A DNA stretch of 31,718 nt from a virus. This document shows, piece by piece, positions 18,073 to 24,848 of this stretch. How positions within the stretch are numbered: the stretch's first letter is position 1; every line of letters begins with the position of its first letter. Position numbers and translations under genes: made by a program. The notes beneath the pieces were generated by a model. The model was given only the letters and a program-made list of their open reading frames with translations. It had not been told where the DNA came from and ran no database searches. The stretch is taken from positions 1 to 31,718 of the IMG/VR virus record IMGVR_UViG_2547132060_000002; one strand, written 5' to 3'.

Positions 18073-18324
18073 ATGTCATTAATTACTTTATGGCAAAAAC
18101 CTATTGAAGAATATGTATTGCCTGATGGAAGCTTTGTTTGTATCACATATTATAATGGACTCAGAGAAGGGAAAGCAGTTGATAGATTTCATGCAAGATA
18201 TAGGGAAATTAAACAATATTTTGGTGATGAGTTAATAGATATTATTGTAGAAAAAAATCCTTATTATGATCCAAAATATTTTGATTCATTACAACAACAC
18301 ATTGAAGGGGGTTTTGATTTATGA
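18073..18324 (+). CDS. Small hypothetical protein, candidate immunity
   Basis: GAGGTGAGGTGA RBS; paralog of the next gene. Confidence 0.7.
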   Translation: MSLITLWQKPIEEYVLPDGSFVCITYYNGLREGKAVDRFHARYREIKQYFGDELIDIIVEKNPYYDPKYFDSLQQHIEGGFDL

Positions 18325-18633
18325 GTAAACCATATATTCCTTATGAAGAAATATCTGAAAAAATACCTTTACCTAAAGAGAAATATTTATTGATTAAATA
18401 TTACGCGGATTTGGAACTCAAACATCCAACGAATAGATTTTGTGACAAAATATAGAGAAATAAATGTTTGTAAAAATCATCCTAGCTCCTTGGCACAGAG
18501 AATTGTTATATTAAGTAGTAAATTTGAAGAAAATCCTTTTTATGATCCTACTTTTTTTGAGAAGTTGAAAAGTTATCAGGAAAAAAGATTTAAAGAGCTT
18601 CAAAATTCAAATATGAAATTTAATTTCTTTTAA
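18321..18633 (+). pseudogene. Frameshifted paralog of 18073-18324 (103 aa if one T of TTTT 18438-18441 is removed)
   Basis: ATGA-coupled 44-aa ORF (18321-18455) plus the 18442-18633 ORF align ungapped with the upstream gene across the junction (LP-x8-YY-x10-RF-x3-YREI), then share NP[YF]YDP. Confidence 0.75.
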
Positions 18634-18710
18634 TTTTTATTTTCATTATTATTTTTAAATTCTAATCATTTATTTTCTAACACTTTTACCCTATTTTTCT
18701 ACTGGGGGGG

Positions 18711-18743
18711 TTTTCTAATTGCTCACGGTATAGTATGAAGAAG
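18711..18743. repeat. 33-bp dispersed repeat, copy 2
   Basis: TTTTCTAATTGCTCACGGTATAGTATGAAGAAG, preceded by G7. Confidence 0.9.
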
Positions 18744-19095
18744 ACCCTCAAAAAAATGTTTTTTTTATTTATTCTATATGGATGAAATAATAAAATATTA
18801 AGAAGATTTAACGTCTATGCACTTTTAAAACATTTTATATGAGTTCTCAACATAGCTTATCCATTTATTTACAAGTATTTATTACATCGGTACATTAAAA
18901 CATTAAAAACCAGTTTTTTTTATTGTTGATGCATTTTTTATTACCTCCGATTTTTTTAGTTAAAGAATTAAGGAATATGAAACACGGATCCATAAAAAAA
19001 GGAATATCATAACATGCTTTTTGAGGGAGCTTCTTCCACTATTTATTTTTATCATTTTTACTTATTTTAATCCAAAAATATGGGGTGTATTTTAA

Positions 19096-20148
19096 ATTGT
19101 AAACCAAAAACACCAATCTGACCATCCAGTCTTAGTCACAGCACCAGTTCTCGTACCTAACATGCCTGACTGTGATTATGGGCGTGGAGAAGAACCGTTA
19201 TCAGAAGAAAAAATAAAACACCTAGCCCACACCTTCCTGAAATATGGAGTAATTGAAAAACGCCACGAATCCCTGCAAACTCGTCAAAAAGTGGGGCATG
19301 TAGTGGAATCATATTTGTTACCTGCACCAGCTAGTATTAAAGGAATTGATGGGAAAACAAGGCAGTATCCTAAAGGTACATGGATTGTTACTGCTGAAAT
19401 AACTGACGAACAAACCATCGCAGAAACACAAAAAGGAGTTTTCACAGGATTTTCTGCAACTACAATACCTAAAGAAGTTGCAGACAATGTTAGTTTTAAA
19501 TCTAGTCAATGCTTACTTATCAAAGATATTCCAAATCCTGTGGGTTTTGCTGTAAGTCTTGTTGAAAAACCATGTGTGCATTCAGCGAAGTTTTGTAAAT
19601 TGAAACACTCACAAAACGAGGAATCAAACATGAATGAAGAAGATAAACAATTTTTAAACAAATTAAAAGATGTTTTTAGTTTTAAAAGTGATGATTCAAG
19701 AGCCATCACTCAGGATGAATTAGATGAAACACTTGCTAGTTTTAAATCTGATTTTAAATCAGAGATTATTGCAGGAGTTACTCAAGGTGTAGCTCAAGCA
19801 GTAAAAGAAGCTTTAGCAACACCAACAAAGAAAAAAAATAAAAAAACTGATGGGGACAACGGAGATGATGAAGGTGAAGAAGTAGATGAAAACAACACTA
19901 CTTCTAAAAACAATACTTCAAGTACTCCTGCAGATGAAGAAGGTGAAGAAGTAGATGAAAACAACACTACTACTGAATCTAACAATAATTCTGCTACTAA
20001 TAAAAAGAAAAAAACCAAAAAACCACCAGCATCAACAAAAGGAAACAAAATCCATGACGGACCTCAACCAGTTTCCTACAAATCAGACACTCAAACCGTC
20101 TATGAGATAATGGGCCGTAACAACAGAGGCTCAAGAATACAAGAATAA
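19096..20148 (+). CDS. XkdF-like prohead protease fused to an acidic scaffolding region (ORF track start 19162; likely start about 19096)
   Basis: VTAPVLVP..PD, HESL...VGHVVESY, YPKGTWIV, GVFTGFS, VSLVEKPC motifs; upstream of MCP. Confidence 0.82.
   Translation: MVNQKHQSDHPVLVTAPVLVPNMPDCDYGRGEEPLSEEKIKHLAHTFLKYGVIEKRHESLQTRQKVGHVVESYLLPAPASIKGIDGKTRQYPKGTWIVTAEITDEQTIAETQKGVFTGFSATTIPKEVADNVSFKSSQCLLIKDIPNPVGFAVSLVEKPCVHSAKFCKLKHSQNEESNMNEEDKQFLNKLKDVFSFKSDDSRAITQDELDETLASFKSDFKSEIIAGVTQGVAQAVKEALATPTKKKNKKTDGDNGDDEGEEVDENNTTSKNNTSSTPADEEGEEVDENNTTTESNNNSATNKKKKTKKPPASTKGNKIHDGPQPVSYKSDTQTVYEIMGRNNRGSRIQE
19870..19971 (+). repeat. 33-bp perfect direct repeat in the scaffold linker
   Basis: GAAGGTGAAGAAGTAGATGAAAACAACACTACT at 19870-19902 and 19939-19971 (EGEEVDENNTT x2). 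Confidence 0.9.
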
Positions 20149-20174
20149 AAAAAATGAGGGGAGGATGAAACACG

Positions 20175-21206
20175 ATGGCAACTGAAGCAATTCTTAACGA
20201 AATCGTAAACCCAGAAGAATACGCAGTATTCAAAGGAATGAAAACAGACATGGAATCTGGAAAAGCATTATTAAATCCAGAACAATTAGGAAAATTCCTT
20301 AGAGAAGCACAAATCAACAACACAATACTCAATCAAGCTGATTTCCAATTGATGAAATCATTCAAAAAACAATTAACACGTGTAGGAATAAATGGAAGAG
20401 TACTTCAATCAGGTTACAAAGCAGATGGAAAAACAACCAATCCAGATTTAACTCCAGCAGATGTTGATTTTGATTACAATGAATTAGATGCTAAAAAATT
20501 AAAAGCAATGTGCAGCATCGAAGACGAGGAAAAAGAAGACAACATTGAAAAAGAACAATTTGAAAACACTTTACTCTCAATGATGGGTGAAAGAGTTGGT
20601 GAAGATCTTGAATTCTGGGCATTATTCGCAGACAAAACTGCAACTAGCAATAAATTATTGTCTACCACTGATGGGTGGATTAAAAAAGCTGGTGTTCAAA
20701 TCAAATCAAAAGGAGCAGATTCCGCTAAAGGAGTATTTGATTTAAAAAACACTATTGAAGCAATGTTTGATTCAATGATTAAAAACATGCCTATTAGGTT
20801 CAGGCAGAAAAGGCCTTTACTCAAATTCTTTGTACCATTTGAAGTTGAAGATGCTTATAGAAACCTTTTAAAATCCAGAGGAACCAGTCTTGGAGATGAA
20901 ACACAAACTGGATTTAACGGTTTAGCATACAAAGGAATTCCAATCGAATACTGTCCAACTCTTGATGCTGAAGATGGTAGAAGCTTAGACAATACTGCTA
21001 CCAGTATTTTAACCAATCCTAAAAACATGGCTTGGGGTATCTGGAAAAACCTTAGTATCGAACCTGATAGAATACCAAAAGAAGAACGAACTGATTACTA
21101 CTACCGTATCAGAGGAGATGTAGATTACTACTTCAGAAATGCTACTGTAACTGCAAAAATTAGTGCTGCAGAAGCAGAAAGTATTGCTGAACAATCCAAA
21201 GGATGA
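20175..21206 (+). CDS. Major capsid protein (HK97 fold)
   Basis: Position and size (343 aa); GKALLNPEQLGKFLRE, EDNIEKEQFENTLLSMMGERVGEDLE, YKGIPIEYCP, TDYYYRIRGD. Confidence 0.9.
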   Translation: MATEAILNEIVNPEEYAVFKGMKTDMESGKALLNPEQLGKFLREAQINNTILNQADFQLMKSFKKQLTRVGINGRVLQSGYKADGKTTNPDLTPADVDFDYNELDAKKLKAMCSIEDEEKEDNIEKEQFENTLLSMMGERVGEDLEFWALFADKTATSNKLLSTTDGWIKKAGVQIKSKGADSAKGVFDLKNTIEAMFDSMIKNMPIRFRQKRPLLKFFVPFEVEDAYRNLLKSRGTSLGDETQTGFNGLAYKGIPIEYCPTLDAEDGRSLDNTATSILTNPKNMAWGIWKNLSIEPDRIPKEERTDYYYRIRGDVDYYFRNATVTAKISAAEAESIAEQSKG

Positions 21207-21211
21207 GTCGT

Positions 21212-21343
21212 ATGAAAACTTGGGCAGAATTATCCACTGCTGAAAGAATGAGCCCTCGTAAAAGATGGGACGCCTTAGCAGAAGAGATAAACAAACTTAA
21301 AACTTCTGAATCTAACAATCCTGAACAGGAAACCTCAGGATAA
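21212..21343 (+). CDS. Small hypothetical head-region protein, 43 aa (not in ORF track)
   Basis: MKTWAELSTAERMSPRKRWDALAEEINKLKTSESNNPEQETSG fills the gap between MCP and adaptor. Confidence 0.6.
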   Translation: MKTWAELSTAERMSPRKRWDALAEEINKLKTSESNNPEQETSG

Positions 21344-21371
21344 AAAAAATATATTTAAAAGGTGATGAGAT

Positions 21372-21782
21372 TTGAGTTATACAACCGTGAAAGAAGTACG
21401 ACAATTAACAGGATTAAAACCATCTCAACTCCACCTTCCTAAAGAAGAAGGAGAAGAAAAATTAGAGGAAATCCTAAACACTTGGATTGCTCAAGCAGAG
21501 GATTTAATCAACAATTATTGCAATAACCCAAAAATTGTTGAAAATCCTCCATCATCTGTTTGTAATGTTTGCTTAAGACTTGTAAGTAACATGGTAGCCT
21601 TTGCAATAGCTAGAAGAGATACCCCAGTCATAAAAGTAGATGATTGGAACATTCAAATGTTATCATCAGAAATATTCAGCCATGATTTGAAAGAAGATCT
21701 CCAACCTTTCAAAATTGACAAATCTAATAATAGTCGTAAAATTGATTTTTTTGCAATTACTGGTGAGGGGATACGATGGTGA
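21372..21782 (+). CDS. Head-tail adaptor (SPP1 gp15 / HK97 gp6-like)
   Basis: YTTVKEVRQLTG...IAQAEDLINNYC pattern; TTG start after GGTGA. Confidence 0.8.
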   Translation: MSYTTVKEVRQLTGLKPSQLHLPKEEGEEKLEEILNTWIAQAEDLINNYCNNPKIVENPPSSVCNVCLRLVSNMVAFAIARRDTPVIKVDDWNIQMLSSEIFSHDLKEDLQPFKIDKSNNSRKIDFFAITGEGIRW

Positions 21783-22213
21783 AAGTCACTATTACTTTTG
21801 ACAAAGCTGCAGTTGAGGATATTCCTGAAAAAACTGAAGCTATCGTTAAAAAAGGCAAAAACCTAGTTGCTCAAAACATGATAAGAAATCTCACACAAAA
21901 CAGTCCAGTTGATACAGGTAAATTAAAAGGATGGTTTCCGTACCGTAATGAAGATACCATGGTGGATATTCGTTCACCTGCAGAATATGCAGGATATGTG
22001 AATGATGGAACTGGAATTTATGGCCCTCGTGGACAATTAATCTACAGAAAAGACATTGGTAAACCGTTTAGTTTTAATGTAGGTGGGAAAATGGTTTTTG
22101 TGAGGTATATTAAAGGTCAAAAAGGCCAGCATTTTGTTGAAAAAAGTATTGAGCAAACATCACACAACATTCAAAGACTATTTAACAAAGCAGTGACGGA
22201 TGTGATGGGCTAA
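21776..22213 (+). CDS. HK97 gp10-like neck/tail-completion protein
   Basis: SPVDTGKLK, EYAGYVNDGTG, GQKGQHFVE motifs. Confidence 0.88.
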   Translation: MVKVTITFDKAAVEDIPEKTEAIVKKGKNLVAQNMIRNLTQNSPVDTGKLKGWFPYRNEDTMVDIRSPAEYAGYVNDGTGIYGPRGQLIYRKDIGKPFSFNVGGKMVFVRYIKGQKGQHFVEKSIEQTSHNIQRLFNKAVTDVMG

Positions 22214-22725
22214 TGGCAAGAAACCAAAACCTGGTTAAAAGTGTGGACCTTGTAACAAAAGCAGTTAATGCATATATTACAAAAGAAAAGGAGGCTGAAG
22301 ATGGTTTACTTCGAAATGTTGAGGAAATTATTCCTTATACTTATAATGATACTCCTATTGAACCTCCTTGTGTCTGGATTGTTCAACACCCAACAATAAC
22401 AAGTCCAGAATTCAAAAAAAGCATTAACAATCGTAATTTCTTACAATCTACTTTTGAATTTGTATGTGTAGAATATGATGAAGACCTGCAAACATCAATT
22501 GAAAAAGGACAACACCTTGCAACACTTGTAGGTCAAAGTATCATGAAAAATTTTAACAAAATAGGGATTGGTGATGATGAAATTAAACATATTTTCACAA
22601 AAGTAGAGTTCAACACACTATATCCTGTAGGAGAGGTTTCTATTGCAGGTAAAGCAAAACGTGTTCCTGCTACTAGTATTGTTTTTGATTTTACATTTGA
22701 GATTGACTGGCTAAAATGCCACTAA
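22213..22725 (+). CDS. Tail terminator-like protein
   Basis: Position between the gp10-like gene and the tail tube; PCVWIV and alternating beta pattern. Confidence 0.65.
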   Translation: MARNQNLVKSVDLVTKAVNAYITKEKEAEDGLLRNVEEIIPYTYNDTPIEPPCVWIVQHPTITSPEFKKSINNRNFLQSTFEFVCVEYDEDLQTSIEKGQHLATLVGQSIMKNFNKIGIGDDEIKHIFTKVEFNTLYPVGEVSIAGKAKRVPATSIVFDFTFEIDWLKCH

Positions 22726-22784
22726 AAAAAACACACAGAATAACTTTTTTTTAAAACACGAAAATGATTAGGAGATGAAGCGTA

Positions 22785-24089
22785 ATGGGATTACGTATAT
22801 TCGGATTAAAAATGGAAAACGAATATGGGGAAGATTGCGATTTTAGCAACTGGACTCCAGATTGGCATCAAGAAGTATCTTCAGCAGATTTCAAACTTGG
22901 AGATGATCCAAACCTCAGTACTGGGGGTTCCAGAATGTACAAAAGAGGTAGAGCTGGAGTAATGAAACCAGCTGGAACCGTAGAAGGACAAGTAGACATA
23001 CCAAGAATAGGCCACTACTTCAGAGGATTTCTCGACCAATATAAATTCACTGCAGGTTCTGGCAGTGGAATGAATACTCATGAATTCTGGGGAGGAGAAT
23101 GCACCAGGTTAGCTAGTTTTGCAGCAACACAAACCTATGATTTTTTCCAGAAACAAATAATCGGAGCAATGATTGATGCATTAAAACTTGAAGTATCTGA
23201 TGAATTCCTTACTTTCAGCAGTGATTGGGTGTATAAAACTGAATCATCTGAAACAATTGATTCAGAAAACTATAATAGAGTAAAAATGGATGAAACAGAC
23301 ATTCCATTGATGTTCTATGATGTGAAAGTAAAACTCAACAATAAAGATCCTGAGGGTGTGCAAACAAGTTTCACATTCGAAGGGAAAAACAATCTTAATG
23401 TTGATGGAACTATCGGTTTAGGTGCACGTCATCCTCAAAAGATTGCTGTAGCACAACAAAGGGAAATAGACCTTTCATTAGTAACTACTCTTGATGAAGA
23501 CACTATGAGAACCATTCTTGATGGGGAATACGGGGAAGTAGGTGCTATGGAACCGAGCAAATGTCAAATCTTGAAAGTTCCTTTAGAACTTACTGTTGAT
23601 ATTTGTGAAGATCCAGATAGAAAAATGATTATTTTATTCCCAGAATGTCTTTTAAAAGTAGAGTACGATTTCAGTGATTCTGACACTATTGAAACAACCA
23701 TAAACCTCAGTACAATGGGTACTGGTGAAGCAACATTAAAAGACGGCAGTAAAGTTGTAACTGATATGTATGTTCGTATTGAAAACAAACAACCTGCAAT
23801 CAAACCAGCAACAGTTACTAAAAAATCAACTGTAACTGCTAATGTAACAAGTGGCACTACTAAAGTTGAAGGTGCAACTGTTAAATTAACTAAATACACT
23901 GATTCAACTGAAACCTATTCTGAAACTACAGCTGCTACTGGTGTGGCAACTATTAGCAATGTACCATTAGGTAAATATAAAGTTGAAGTGTCAAAAACAG
24001 GTTATAAAAAATACACTGGCACTTATACTGTTATTGATGGAACTAATAATTTAGATGTGAAATTAATTGCATCTGCAGCAGGTTCATAA
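22785..24089 (+). CDS. Major tail tube protein with C-terminal Ig-like (carboxypeptidase-regulatory/PEGA-like) domain
   Basis: Position; IDALKLE, FTFEGKNNL, REIDLSL tube motifs; C-terminal VEGATVKL...TGVATISNVPLGKYKVEVSKTGY. Confidence 0.85.
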   Translation: MGLRIFGLKMENEYGEDCDFSNWTPDWHQEVSSADFKLGDDPNLSTGGSRMYKRGRAGVMKPAGTVEGQVDIPRIGHYFRGFLDQYKFTAGSGSGMNTHEFWGGECTRLASFAATQTYDFFQKQIIGAMIDALKLEVSDEFLTFSSDWVYKTESSETIDSENYNRVKMDETDIPLMFYDVKVKLNNKDPEGVQTSFTFEGKNNLNVDGTIGLGARHPQKIAVAQQREIDLSLVTTLDEDTMRTILDGEYGEVGAMEPSKCQILKVPLELTVDICEDPDRKMIILFPECLLKVEYDFSDSDTIETTINLSTMGTGEATLKDGSKVVTDMYVRIENKQPAIKPATVTKKSTVTANVTSGTTKVEGATVKLTKYTDSTETYSETTAATGVATISNVPLGKYKVEVSKTGYKKYTGTYTVIDGTNNLDVKLIASAAGS

Positions 24090-24110
24090 ATGAACCTGCT
24101 ATTTTTTTTA
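24077..24110 (+). terminator. Hairpin plus T-tract terminator after the tail tube gene
   Basis: AGCAGGTTCAT-AA-ATGAACCTGCT perfect 11-bp inverted repeat followed by ATTTTTTTT. Confidence 0.75.
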
Positions 24111-24136
24111 TATAGAAACGTTAGGGAGAGAATAAT

Positions 24137-24580
24137 ATGGCATTATTAAACAAACAAAAAATATTAAGTGGAGTAAACGAACCAGAAAAAGTGGAAATCA
24201 AAGCATTAAATGGGGAATTATGGTTAAGACCGTTATCAGGCTTTGAATTAAGTGAAGTAGAAGATATTGAAGCAAAAGCCATTGGTGATTTTGAAACTAA
24301 TGAAAAATCACAAAGACAAGGTAAAAGATTAGGCAAATCTGAAACATTATCTAAAGGGAAAATTAATCTTTCAAAGGCGAATCAAGCTTCAATGAATGCT
24401 AAAGTCACAATGGTTCATATGAGTTTGGATAATCCGAAAAATGCGGATGATCTATGGAGTGAAGATGACATTAGAATGTTAAGACGTGATGCATTTAACG
24501 AAATTGTGGATCATGTAAGAAGATTATCTGGTGAGGACATCACTAAAGGTGAGATTGAATCTTTTCCTGAAAACGAATGA
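24137..24580 (+). CDS. Tail assembly chaperone (lambda gpG-like)
   Basis: Between tail tube and tape measure; ELWLRPLSGFEL...IVDHVRRLSG. Confidence 0.8.
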   Translation: MALLNKQKILSGVNEPEKVEIKALNGELWLRPLSGFELSEVEDIEAKAIGDFETNEKSQRQGKRLGKSETLSKGKINLSKANQASMNAKVTMVHMSLDNPKNADDLWSEDDIRMLRRDAFNEIVDHVRRLSGEDITKGEIESFPENE

Positions 24581-24719
24581 AGGTAAAAATATTATCTGGT
24601 TAGATTACTGTGGCTATCATTTATGCGACAGACAATCTGATTTAACATGGTATCAAGAATACTTCATTGTAAAAGGCAGAAGCAAACTATATGAAGAGAT
24701 GAATAAAGTTAAAAAATAA
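24564..24719 (+). CDS. Second tail chaperone ORF (gpT-like), probably reached by a +1 frameshift
   Basis: Overlapping +1 frame, no ATG until 5 codons from its end; TCT-TTT-CCT site at 24560-24568. Confidence 0.6.
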   Translation, partial: FLKTNEGKNIIWLDYCGYHLCDRQSDLTWYQEYFIVKGRSKLYEEMNKVKK

Positions 24720-24732
24720 CACTATATTTTTT

Positions 24733-24799
24733 TGGAGGGTATAATTCAGAAATATAAAGAAATTATTTTATATTTTTTTTAAAGGAATTATACCCTCCA
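24733..24799. repeat. Long inverted repeat / hairpin before the tape measure gene
   Basis: TGGAGGGTATAATTC / GAATTATACCCTCCA 15-bp perfect arms; inner AAATATAAA/TTTATATTT pair; T-tract follows. Confidence 0.88.
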
Positions 24800-24848
24800 T
24801 TTTTTTTTATTTTTAAACAAAACTAAATCAAGGAGGTGAACACACAAA

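Noticed and set aside
9456-18710. G7 tracts at 9456-9462 and 18704-18710 as phase-variation switches
   Set aside because: Both are non-coding with no demonstrable promoter spacing role; single runs cannot form G-quadruplexes alone
18760-18950. Minus-strand gene behind GGAGGT-ATG near 18935
   Set aside because: Stops after four codons (MHQQ); no continuous frame could be rebuilt
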